Assembly (NCBI GenBank): GCA_963749655.1
Contig: CAVVOB010000012.1
Coordinates: 64,001 to 128,000 of the forward strand
DNA: 64,000 nt
Source of the DNA: Nitrospirota bacterium
GTDB lineage: Bacteria; Nitrospirota; UBA9217
Reading direction: 5' to 3'
In this document: one piece after another, positions 54,270 to 63,631 of the stretch
How positions within the stretch are numbered: the first letter of the stretch is position 1
Layout: each line of letters starts with the position of its first letter
Made by a program: the position numbers and the translations under genes
The notes under the pieces: generated by a model
Databases searched by the model: none
What the model was told of the DNA's origin: nothing
Seen by the model: the letters and a program-made list of their open reading frames with translations, nothing else

Positions 54270-55928
54270 TTAATATTTCGTAAATTCGCGATCGTAGCGT
54301 TCAGCCTTGCCTTTGCCGTCATGCCCCCCATTGACGGCCGCGGCCGAACGAATAACCGGCGCCGCAAGCTTCGGTTTGGAGAAAGGCACGATATTGCTTT
54401 TCTGCGGAGCCTGAGCTGCCCCGTCGCTTACCTTGAAGAATGCTACCGTGCTCTGAAGCTGCCCGGCCTGCGAAGCCAGTTCCTCGGCAGTGGACGACAT
54501 CTCCTCGGCGGCCCCCGCGTTCTGCTGGATCACGTGATTGAGTTGCTGTATGGAAGCGTTTATCTGGCCGGCCCCGGAGGCCTGCTCCTTGCTCGCGGCG
54601 CTGATCTCCTGCACCAGCTCGGCGGTCTTCTGGATGTCCGGCACGAGCTTTGAGAGCAGCTGGCCGGCACGCTCGGCGACGTCCAGGCTTGACGCCGAGA
54701 GCTTGCTTATTTCGGAGGCTGCTGTCTGGCTCCGTTCCGCGAGCTTCCGGACTTCTGAAGCGACCACCGCGAAGCCCTTGCCGTGCTCGCCCGCCCGGGC
54801 CGCTTCGATGGCGGCGTTCAGCGCAAGCAGGTTTGTCTGCCGGGCGATCTCCCCGATGATCGAGATCCGAGTGGCGATGTCCTTCATGGCGTCTACCGCC
54901 TCGGTTACCGCCTTTCCGCTCTCCTGCGCGTCAGCCGCCGATTTCAGGGCGATCTTCTCGGTCTGTGAGGCGTTGTCCGCATTCTGCCTGATAGTGGCGT
55001 TCATCTCCTCTATGGAGGACGATGCTTCCTCGGCCGACGCCGCCTGCTCGGTAGTGCCCTGGGACATCTGCTCCGTGCCTCCGCTGAGCTGCTTGCTTCC
55101 CGAAGCCACGTTGTCCGCCGCGTTCTTGACGTCGACGACGACCTGGCGAAGCTTCTCGGCCATTGTTTTCATGGCGGAGTAGATGCCCGTTTCATTTTTC
55201 CCATTCGCCTCGAACTCTACGGTCAGGTCTCCGTCGGAGATCTTCCAGGCGATCGCCGCTATATGCGCGGGCTCCCCTCCGATCGGCACGATTATCGAGC
55301 GGCTGATCATGATCCCCCCGACGATGACGGAGGCCCCCAGCAGCAGCGTCAAAAGGAGGATCCAGACTACGGCATTTCTCTTTGCAGCGGTCGACCGCTC
55401 GACGGCCTGGTTCATGCTCGCCTGATGGAACAACCCGATTTCATGAAGAGCTCCCAGCATCCTGTCATAGGAGTCCCTCCCCTGCGTCGTCAGGATCTTA
55501 AGGGACTCTTCTTTTGCAAAGGCGCTGCTCAACCTCAGGACTTCCGTCTTGAGCATGCCGAAGGAGGCCCACTCGTTCTTGAACGTCGCCATGTGCCCCG
55601 CAACCGCCGAGGCCCCGCTCTTGCGGGTCATTTCTTCATAATCCGCTATTTCCTTGCCGAGCTTATCCGTCATATCGTTGATGCTCTGTTCCACCTTCTT
55701 GAGCCCATCGGGGTCGGTCATGGCGGAATGTATGATCAGATACCGCAGAACTTCCGAAAGGGTCTTCTCGATCTCATCGACCTTGACCAGGGGAATGGCT
55801 TCGGCTTTCACGATCGACAGCGAGATGTTTGCAACGCTGTTCGTGAAAAAAAAGCCTATCCCGCCCGCGAAAAGCAGGCAGGCTATCGATATCACGGCAT
55901 TCAACAGCAATTTGGATTTTATTTTCAT
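54270..55928 (-). CDS. Methyl-accepting chemotaxis protein (TM - periplasmic four-helix-bundle-like sensor - TM - HAMP - signalling domain)
   Basis: [40 protein letters not shown]; two TMs; C-terminal EFTKY pentapeptide-like tail. Confidence 0.95.
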   Translation of the reverse strand: MKIKSKLLLNAVISIACLLFAGGIGFFFTNSVANISLSIVKAEAIPLVKVDEIEKTLSEVLRYLIIHSAMTDPDGLKKVEQSINDMTDKLGKEIADYEEMTRKSGASAVAGHMATFKNEWASFGMLKTEVLRLSSAFAKEESLKILTTQGRDSYDRMLGALHEIGLFHQASMNQAVERSTAAKRNAVVWILLLTLLLGASVIVGGIMISRSIIVPIGGEPAHIAAIAWKISDGDLTVEFEANGKNETGIYSAMKTMAEKLRQVVVDVKNAADNVASGSKQLSGGTEQMSQGTTEQAASAEEASSSIEEMNATIRQNADNASQTEKIALKSAADAQESGKAVTEAVDAMKDIATRISIIGEIARQTNLLALNAAIEAARAGEHGKGFAVVASEVRKLAERSQTAASEISKLSASSLDVAERAGQLLSKLVPDIQKTAELVQEISAASKEQASGAGQINASIQQLNHVIQQNAGAAEEMSSTAEELASQAGQLQSTVAFFKVSDGAAQAPQKSNIVPFSKPKLAAPVIRSAAAVNGGHDGKGKAERYDREFTKY

Positions 55929-56082
55929 AATGGAGAATCCTTTCATGACAGCTCTTGATTGCTCCACAGCCCCGAAGCGAAGACCTCTGGCCCGGGAAAC
56001 ATTCGTCTTCAGATTGCGCAGTGTAAAGCCCGTGAGTCAGGTCAGGTTTGCTGCCCGAATCTGCGGCGTTTGAGCAGGCGCC

Positions 56083-57087
56083 TCAGCTCTTGCTGAAGCT
56101 CGCATCCACGAAAGTCTTCAGGTCTGTTTTCTGGATCAAACCGGCGGACACCGACATGTCGTGGATCGTCTGGTAATCCGCAAGTTTGGGCGCGAGGTCG
56201 CTGTATATAATGCGGTTCGAGGGGTGCTGCATTACATTCACGATTACGCGTTCGTCTATCTGCACGTACTTCCGCGCAAGGGTTGCGACTTCCTTCGAAC
56301 CTTTATCCTTGTCCTCATCGATGAACTTGCCGCTCCTCTGGATGCTATGCACCCATTCCCGGATCCCTTCCGGGTTGGACGATAATTGCTGTTTATGTAC
56401 GACCGCGACGCAGCAAATGTGGTTGGGGAGTATGTCTTTGGAAAGCTTCAGTATCCGTCCGGTTCCCGCCTGTACCGCCCTCTCACCTGCAGGCTCAGGA
56501 CCGAGATAAGCGTCGATGCTGCCGCTCTTGAGCGAATCGGGCATATTCGGGGGCGGGACCGGCATGATGTTCACGTCTTTCAGGGACAGCCCCGCGGTTT
56601 TGAGATATTTATCGAGAATGACCGCATGGGTGGATACCCGGTAGGGAACCGCCACGGTCTTTCCCTTGAGGTCTGCCGCCGATTTTATCGAAGAGTCCGC
56701 TCTGATGGTCAGGCCGGATCCGTGCCGGTGGCCTATTGCGACCGTCCTGATATCCATGCCGTTGTTGAACAGATCCATTGCAAAGTTCGACAGGATCATG
56801 GCCCCGCCGACCACGTTCGCCTTGAGCGCGCCGGCAAGTGCGTCCCACGATTTGAACTGCATCGGCTCGATATCGATGTTCTTGAATGAGCCATTGTCCC
56901 GTGCATGGGACATCAGCATGGCAAAATGATCGAGAATCGGGATATAGGCGATCTTCATGGTGGTTTTTGAAACGGCTATTGAAGGAAATCCAAGGGAGCT
57001 CAGGCCGAGAGCGGCGCAGCCGACCGCGGTCGTTTTCAGGAATTGACGGCGGCCCATTTTTTTGGAAGATCTTTTCTCGTTTCCCAT
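56083..57087 (-). CDS. Tat-exported ABC-type substrate-binding protein, NrtA/CmpA/CynA-like (NMT1_2)
   Basis: GRRQFLK twin-arginine leader, IAYIPILDH, FKSW..L, HRHGS, VP...STH, PPP.M, PEP, HICC. Confidence 0.85.
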   Translation of the reverse strand: MGNEKRSSKKMGRRQFLKTTAVGCAALGLSSLGFPSIAVSKTTMKIAYIPILDHFAMLMSHARDNGSFKNIDIEPMQFKSWDALAGALKANVVGGAMILSNFAMDLFNNGMDIRTVAIGHRHGSGLTIRADSSIKSAADLKGKTVAVPYRVSTHAVILDKYLKTAGLSLKDVNIMPVPPPNMPDSLKSGSIDAYLGPEPAGERAVQAGTGRILKLSKDILPNHICCVAVVHKQQLSSNPEGIREWVHSIQRSGKFIDEDKDKGSKEVATLARKYVQIDERVIVNVMQHPSNRIIYSDLAPKLADYQTIHDMSVSAGLIQKTDLKTFVDASFSKS

Positions 57088-57512
57088 TTTGTGTGTCTCC
57101 TTTTTGTTGAATTACTTCAACTCTGACGAATTGAAGTTGTTTCTTTTTCTTTAGTCCTACTCACGGCCAGGCAATATGATCATTTATTGATGCTCATGTT
57201 CTTGAACAAGTAAACCCTCTTCTTGTCCGCCCGCAGCAGACTGCGGGGATTGAACTCACTCCGGAATTCATTTACGAAAACTCCCTCGCCGTTCTGTGCC
57301 GTGAGGCAGCAAGACATGCAGAACGCAATAAAAACGCAGATTTGCCGCACTGTTCAGTAAGTATTATGTACGTGACAGGATTTACTCGCCAAAAACTACA
57401 GCGAGGACAGGATGGACAGATACGTAATCAAATCAAAAGTATTGTCGCGGACAGCAGTCTTCGGAAGTGGTTATCGGAATAAATTCTGCTATCTGGTTAT
57501 GGCGTTGATAAA

Positions 57513-57529
57513 AGCAAATATAAGGCCAG
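57513..57529 (-). promoter_or_regulatory. Putative sigma54 -24/-12 promoter for the SBP-MCP-cyanase unit
   Basis: Minus strand cTGGCcttatatTTGCt, GG-N10-GC spacing. Confidence 0.55.
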
Positions 57530-57882
57530 AACTTGGGATTTTGGACATTAGATTATTCTGCTGAGAAATTTCGGTCCCGAAAATCACCTATATTCGTATT
57601 TTTATGAAGGAATCTGCGGCAATAGAGACCCCAATTGCAATGGACTGCAAACTGTTGGTCGTCTAGAATGTGCTCTCGTGGCTGAATGAATCAGGGCTGG
57701 TGAGGGAAAAAGAAATGGATTTCTGTAGTGTTTACGACCCCGCGATAATAGCTTTACAGCCTTCAGATGGCTAACTTTTCAATAAATTGTGCTAAATTCG
57801 TATTATAATACTGTCCGTTTTCCGACCCGTGATCACATATCGCGTCACAGTGGCATCAAGGTCATTTTTCTGCAACATTCCG

Positions 57883-58028
57883 TCGCAGACGTTGCTCCCC
57901 GAGGACGGGAACCCCGTCGGGAACGTCCCTGGCGACGTGGTCGCCCCGCGCCATTCCCGAATGAACGTCGTCACCGCGTCCATCGACCGCATCGATTTCC
58001 ACCATCCCATTTTCGTCGGCGACCTTCT
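57883..58028 (+). pseudogene. Relic of the acyl-CoA thioesterase gene
   Basis: High nucleotide similarity to ~60208..60386 with an internal deletion; encodes RMNVVTASIDRIDFHHPIFVGDL. Confidence 0.85.
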
Positions 58029-58089
58029 TGTCGTTATTCGTCCGTTTCACATTTGCCCTTGCCCCCTTCGCTTAAAAATAGTATCCTCA

Positions 58090-58226
58090 CGCCGAAAGAG
58101 ATGCACCTGGACCGTGTGATAGTCCGATCGGAAAAACAGAAGAATGCGAACTGCGAATCGGCGGGAGCATGGTCAAGACCCCTTTCCTGGTTGTAGAGAT
58201 CCCGCCATACTGCGAACGGACGCTGA
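58090..58226 (+). pseudogene. Relic of the aspartyl protease-PDZ gene
   Basis: Diverged copy of 51515..51653 (gaatgcgaactgcg..gggagcatggtcaa..ttcctggttgtagagatcccg). Confidence 0.85.
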
Positions 58227-58250
58227 ATCCCGAATTCACGCACGTCAGAC

Positions 58251-60053
58251 ATGGTCGGCCCTGTACGAGACAATCCGATGAATAAAGAAGTAATAGACGT
58301 AGTCGTCGATCTCGCTGAGGTGCTCGCGCGTAAACACCTGACCATTTTCTGCGGGGCAGGCATCTCGCGCAATTCAGGAGTCCCGCCTGTTAAGCCGCTC
58401 CTGGCCCATCTTCTCGGGAAATTAAGCATTCCCGAATCCATCCATCGTAAGTTTTGGGATATTCCCTTTGAGATGGTTATGCAAACACTAATAGAACACA
58501 GCAGAGGCGTGGAAGACGGCATTTTCGACATTTACGGTTTGGGCCGGCCAAATACGAGCCATCTCTTTCTCGCCGCATTAATGCATTCGGACAAAGTGCG
58601 GACGATTGTTACTACGAATTTCGATCATCTGATAGAGCATGCGCTACACGTAGATCCCCCGGCCATGGTCACGTCTTCCAGGGGCCCAACTCCGGGGGGG
58701 CTCGATATGGCGGAATATCGGTTACTCTATCGGGATGATCATTTTGAAGCTTGCCGGCTCGATGACGGTCAAAAAAGGCTGGTCAAGATTCACGGAAGTT
58801 ATCAAGACAAAGCGAGCATGATCATCACGATCAAGCAAATCGCACAACGGGACCTGTCCGCAAACCGGCGCAACCTCGTCAAACGGGTGTTTGCAAACAC
58901 GATGGCCGAGGAGCATGCCGTGCTCGTCCTGGGATATAGTTGTTCCGACTTGTTCGACATCAATGAGTGTATCGCATCGGTGACGGGAGACAAAAAGAGA
59001 ATCTACTTTGTTCAATACTCTACGACCGAGGAACGCGTGGAGGACATCAGTATCCTCAAAGACAAAAATCCTTTCTCGCACTATCCGGGGAAACGGATCT
59101 ATTGCGACACGGACGCGTTTATCGAAGAACTTTGGAAAAAAGCCGTTCTCCTTCCGTATCGAAGGGTTTGCTGCGCCGGGGATGAGCATTGGAAAACCAT
59201 GATCGATCGTTGGGCCGGTTGGAACTCGGACTACAATAAGGATGATATCCTCGGCAAACTCTACTTTGACGTCCGTGAATATCAAAGGTCGATTCAGCAT
59301 TACCAGGCAGTGCTTACGTCCTGCCGGCTGAAGAATGACCGGTTGAACGTTGCGGAATGTCTTCACAACATCGGCCTGGCGTACCATGGTAACGAAGACA
59401 GCAGTACCGCCATCGAGTATTACGAGCAGGCGCTTCGGGCGGCAAAACAACACAGGGACAAAGAATTGGCCATGGTGCTATACGGCAGTTTGGCCGCAGC
59501 AGGGATGAAATTGTATTTTCTGGGTGACAAGGAGTGCGAGCGGTCGCTTCGCTACTACAAAAAGGCTTTGCGCACGGCTAAACGACTCAAGGACAAACGC
59601 CATGAAGGGCATTGGCGCAACGGCATCGCCTCCGTCTATATGCACAGGAAGTTGGACTCGCTGGCAATTTCACACTTGCAACGGGCCTTGGACATTGCCC
59701 GTGAGCTGGGAGATAAAAGGAGCGAGTGCAGTCGGCTCGTTAGTATGGGCACGTTACATTATCATTTGGGCAACTATGAAGAGGCCATCGGCTTTTACGA
59801 ACAAGCGCTCTATATAGCAAAGGGCTTGGGGGATATTCCCACCGAAGTACAACTTCTAGACGACATCGAAAGATCAAACAAGATGAAGGATGCGCCGGAC
59901 AGATTCGAAAAATCCATGCAGCGCATGGGGATAGAAATCCTCGATGAGTCGCAGATTAGTGTCAGCGATGCCTTCTGGTCGCAGATCATCGGCTTCATCG
60001 GTGTCATCATCACCTTTTTTATCGTGTGGATGCTTCTTCAGCGCTTCTGTTGA
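58251..60053 (+). CDS. SIR2-like (SIR2_2) domain plus TPR repeats and C-terminal TM helix; start may be 58278
   Basis: FCGAGIS..SGVP, TTNFD.LIE, KIHGS, LGYSCSD; TPRs such as LHNIGLAY..AIEYYEQAL; terminal IIGFIGVIITFFIVWMLL. Confidence 0.85.
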   Translation: MVGPVRDNPMNKEVIDVVVDLAEVLARKHLTIFCGAGISRNSGVPPVKPLLAHLLGKLSIPESIHRKFWDIPFEMVMQTLIEHSRGVEDGIFDIYGLGRPNTSHLFLAALMHSDKVRTIVTTNFDHLIEHALHVDPPAMVTSSRGPTPGGLDMAEYRLLYRDDHFEACRLDDGQKRLVKIHGSYQDKASMIITIKQIAQRDLSANRRNLVKRVFANTMAEEHAVLVLGYSCSDLFDINECIASVTGDKKRIYFVQYSTTEERVEDISILKDKNPFSHYPGKRIYCDTDAFIEELWKKAVLLPYRRVCCAGDEHWKTMIDRWAGWNSDYNKDDILGKLYFDVREYQRSIQHYQAVLTSCRLKNDRLNVAECLHNIGLAYHGNEDSSTAIEYYEQALRAAKQHRDKELAMVLYGSLAAAGMKLYFLGDKECERSLRYYKKALRTAKRLKDKRHEGHWRNGIASVYMHRKLDSLAISHLQRALDIARELGDKRSECSRLVSMGTLHYHLGNYEEAIGFYEQALYIAKGLGDIPTEVQLLDDIERSNKMKDAPDRFEKSMQRMGIEILDESQISVSDAFWSQIIGFIGVIITFFIVWMLLQRFC

Positions 60054-60168
60054 TTGGAGCCTGCCCCAAGCCCGTAAATGAACTTCATAACAGTTCAGCA
60101 CTTTTGTCCATGATATAATTGATCGCAAGAGGACGTAGAAGGTCAGCCTCAGACAATAAGGAGCTTGC

Positions 60169-60675
60169 ATGGAAGGCAAACGAGTAGCGGACAGCAGCGT
60201 TATCACAGCGCAGATGATGATCCCCCAGGACGCGAATCCCGCAGGCAACGTCCACGGCGGTGTGGTCGTGAAGATCATCGACGAGGCGGCCGGCGTGGTC
60301 GCCGCGCGCCATTCCCGCATGAACGTCGTCACCGCGTCCATCGACCGCATCGATTTTCACCATCCTATTTTCGTCGGCGATCTTCTCTTCTTCAAGGCAA
60401 GTCTGAATTCCGTGGGCAGGACGTCCATGGAGATCGGCGTGCGCGTGGAGGCGGAGAACCTGCGGACCGGCGACGTGCAGCACGCAGCCTCTGCGTATCT
60501 CACCTATGTGGCCATCGACCAGCAGGGCAAGCCCGTGCCCGTGCCGCCGCTTGTCCTCGAGACCGATGAGGAGCGGCGCAGGAACAACGACGCGCTCTCG
60601 CGCAGGGCCATGCGGCTGGCCGAGCGGAACAGGCAGGCGCAGTGCAAGCAGGACCCGGGGGCGTGTTCACAGTGA
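60169..60675 (+). CDS. Acyl-CoA thioesterase (hotdog fold, YciA-like)
   Basis: PQDANPAGNVHGG, IDEAAG, VVTASID, GRTSME.GV.V. Confidence 0.93.
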   Translation: MEGKRVADSSVITAQMMIPQDANPAGNVHGGVVVKIIDEAAGVVAARHSRMNVVTASIDRIDFHHPIFVGDLLFFKASLNSVGRTSMEIGVRVEAENLRTGDVQHAASAYLTYVAIDQQGKPVPVPPLVLETDEERRRNNDALSRRAMRLAERNRQAQCKQDPGACSQ

Positions 60676-60838
60676 AGTCATCATGAACCCCGGAATGGCG
60701 CAGCAGATCGAGACCGCGTTCAACAACATCATCTGAACTTCTTCCTGTACCCTTTGTAGTTACCATTCTTTGAAACTCATAATATTTCAACCCGTATTTT
60801 TCTCCACAATATCCCCTCAAAATACCCTATCGCTGTCG

Positions 60839-60867
60839 TTGACATCTGCTTTGATCAGGAATATATT
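60839..60867 (+). promoter_or_regulatory. Near-consensus sigma70 promoter, copy 2
   Basis: TTGACA-17 bp-TATATT within a block homologous to 50491..50580. Confidence 0.7.
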
Positions 60868-61081
60868 CGTCTGGAATTTGAAATATCGAAACTGGCGCGG
60901 CACAGAGGGCTACTTAATAACGGATTTGCCTGAACCGGCTGATAAAATTTGGTGCAATCCGCAAGATTGAACCATCGTAGAAGATCAAAGGAACCGATTG
61001 GAAAGTTTATCATATCATAAACCCGCGGACATACCGAAGGTTTATGATACAATAACTCGTTAAAGCAAAACGGAGATAAAT

Positions 61082-61384
61082 ATGCCCATCACAGAAGCAA
61101 ACAATGTTATTTTCGTTGCTTATGCGATACCATTTGCAGCGGTCAGCCTTTGTCTTTATAGGGTAACGAGAAAGGAAAAATTACAAAAAATCGATTATCT
61201 ACTTGCACTTTTTGTTTCCATTACAGGCGTTGTCATATTCCTATTCAATTCAGTATGGCTGGAACATCACACTACAATCAAATCTGGCTCATCAAGATAC
61301 ATGAAAGGCGTTTATTTCTTTTCTTTATTTTTCATTACTGGTCTTCTCACCAGTGCATTCATGAGAAACTTTTCGAGGAAATGA
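61082..61384 (+). CDS. Small membrane protein (three TMs), low GC
   Basis: RBS GGAGA; three hydrophobic segments. Confidence 0.6.
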   Translation: MPITEANNVIFVAYAIPFAAVSLCLYRVTRKEKLQKIDYLLALFVSITGVVIFLFNSVWLEHHTTIKSGSSRYMKGVYFFSLFFITGLLTSAFMRNFSRK

Positions 61385-61611
61385 ATCTAGTACACCGTCA
61401 ACTTAATTGCTGATGGTTTCGCACTGTTATTCCGGCTAAAATCATGCCGGGAAAAAGTGCGAAAAAGGCGCAACCCACTACCAAGAACTATTTTTACCGT
61501 GTACTAGCCTGTCGTTCCGCGCCGATTGCTTCGCGGCATGTGAGCCCATCGTTGTCTAGAAATGAGGGCAAAAAATGATAGGGTTGTTGCACGCGTTGTG
61601 TGACCAGTTTT

Positions 61612-61767
61612 GTAGATCGGGTAGAGCAATATTGCGAAACCCGACGCTTTAAGACATGCCTGATTACCGAGGGGAATGCACCGCCGATTCATGCGATGCA
61701 GTAATCTACATTAAGAAACGAAATGGATGGAAAGATGTCGGGTTTCGCTACGCTCTATCCGACCTAC
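61612..61767. repeat. Inverted pair of GTAG-class REP-like sequences
   Basis: gtagatcgggtagagc..gcgaaacccgac ... gtcgggtttcgctacgctctatccgacctac. Confidence 0.7.
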
Positions 61768-61863
61768 CGACTGTTCGCCCGAGTTCATCCAATCCGCTGA
61801 GTAGAAAGGCCAACATCGCGGTACCAGAAGGCGGCGCGTGACCACGTCCGTTAGGTTTCTACG

Positions 61864-62388
61864 ATGACAAATCTATTACAATGGCTTAATAATCTCATCT
61901 TGTTGATAGTGTGCATCGGCTTTATATCGACTTTATTGATCATATTTTCGGTTAAAATGAGCAGCCGTGATCGCTTTTCCAAAGTTCTAAAAGGTTTGGT
62001 TATTGGCAGCATAGTTTTTGTTTTGCTCCAGTCTTTCGTAATAAGCAGAATTTTATTGTATTCATTTTACAACCAGCTAAAAAACAAAGCGTCTATTGAT
62101 CTAAGGTATACCGGTAATGTGATAACGATCAATTCTCGCGGGGAACTGACCACATTCCTAAATATAATCAAACGATCAGAAAGAATTTCGGCTCATCATA
62201 GTCATCCTATCAATGAGATTCAACTTACTCTTCCCGACGATGAATCTGTTTATACAATTAGTAGAGACTCTTCGAACGAAAACGAATACTGGCTTGTTGT
62301 TCAAACTGGCGGTGTTGAAAGAATATTATTGCAATTCAAAACAAGTGAGCTGAATAAATGGCTGGACCGAAATGGAATTAGATATTGA
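61864..62388 (+). CDS. Hypothetical membrane protein, low GC, cassette-like
   Basis: Two N-terminal TMs; flanked by attC-like sites. Confidence 0.65.
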   Translation: MTNLLQWLNNLILLIVCIGFISTLLIIFSVKMSSRDRFSKVLKGLVIGSIVFVLLQSFVISRILLYSFYNQLKNKASIDLRYTGNVITINSRGELTTFLNIIKRSERISAHHSHPINEIQLTLPDDESVYTISRDSSNENEYWLVVQTGGVERILLQFKTSELNKWLDRNGIRY

Positions 62389-62390
62389 GC

Positions 62391-62446
62391 GTATAACTTG
62401 TAGATCCACGCCAATCGCTGCGCGGCGTGTGAGCTCTGGGTTAACT
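62391..62446 (+). other. attC-like recombination site
   Basis: gtatAAC-5 nt-gatccacgcc..ggcgtgtgagc-5 nt-GTTaact; 56 bp; starts 2 nt after a stop and ends 4 nt before the next ATG. Confidence 0.55.
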
Positions 62447-62450
62447 TTAT

Positions 62451-63480
62451 ATGTTTATCTATATCGATGAGTCAGGCAGCTTTTCCTATCCAAAAGAAAG
62501 AAAACATTCTTATGCCTGCGCAGGCGCTCTGACTATACCCGAACGACGACATGGCACGGTTTTGAAGAGTTTTAAAACACTCCGGCGTAAATGGGGCATG
62601 TTGGGACGTGAGGTCAAAGGTCGTGACCTTGATGAATACCAAGTCAATCAGATAATCAATCTTTTAATTAATAATGAGGCTAAGTTCCACGCTTGTGTAG
62701 TAGATTTGCTTCATCATCCTCCAGAGTCTATTGCATGGTTTAAAGATGAGCAGTCGAGAAGACTTCTAGCAAACGTCACTGATAAACACCACCCAAATCT
62801 CGTTCAAGAATTGAAAGACGCTGGCCATAAAATGCGATCTTTATCCGACCAGCTTTTTCTTCAGTTTTGCGTCATGACTGAAGTCGTTAACGCGCAGCTT
62901 CATGATAGCATGATATATTTTGCCTTTAACTCGCCAACCGAATTGGGGAAATTTCGTTGGATTGTTGATCGTAAAGAAAAAGAAAGAACAACGTACGAAG
63001 ATCTTTGGCTGAAACTTCTGACTCCTTTCATTCATGGAAGACAATTTGCAAATGAGTTTGAAAATAAAATTGTGTGCGTCGAAGGTGGTAATTATGAATA
63101 TTGCAAGAGGTTTTTTGGAACTATAGAAAAATGGCCTGAGCACTTGCCAGAGCAATCACCTGGCCTTCGCGAAAAGACGAATATCCCAACGACTGATCTT
63201 AGGCTTATTCTTAAAGAGTCATTTACATTGAAAGACTCGGCAGATGTGGATGGACTTCAGCTTGCAGATATCGTAACCAATTCTCTCCGACGTGCCATAG
63301 TTGGCAATCTTCAAGAACATGGTTGGAAGGATCTTCGGGAAACTCTTGTTTAGATGGAAAAACAGGTCTGTTCGCCTTGTACGATTTGCACCTGAATCAG
63401 AAGGCTCTTTAAAAATTGAAGACGATTTAGTTGCCAACGTAATTAATTCGCTGACTCGCAAAGCTGGCACGGTAATTTAA
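62451..63480 (+). CDS. DUF3800-family protein (RNase H-like fold); probable frameshift near 63337
   Basis: MFIYIDESG, REVKG, DSA...LQLADIV; reading frame continues to TAA at 63480 after a 1-nt shift. Confidence 0.8.
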
Positions 63481-63631
63481 ACTTTAATAAATGAATCGCA
63501 ACCCTACATATAGGCGGCCAAAATGGCTTGAGAAGCTCGATCCCAAATTTAACACGCTATCATTCCATCTTCAGCATCCCGAAATAGATCCGGATATCTA
63601 TATACGATCGCAGCATGTCGCCCTAGGAGAT

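Noticed and set aside
57088-57510. Known riboswitch or ANTAR dual hairpin in the SBP leader
   Set aside because: I could not find conserved aptamer or tandem hexaloop motifs by eye; an Rfam scan is needed.
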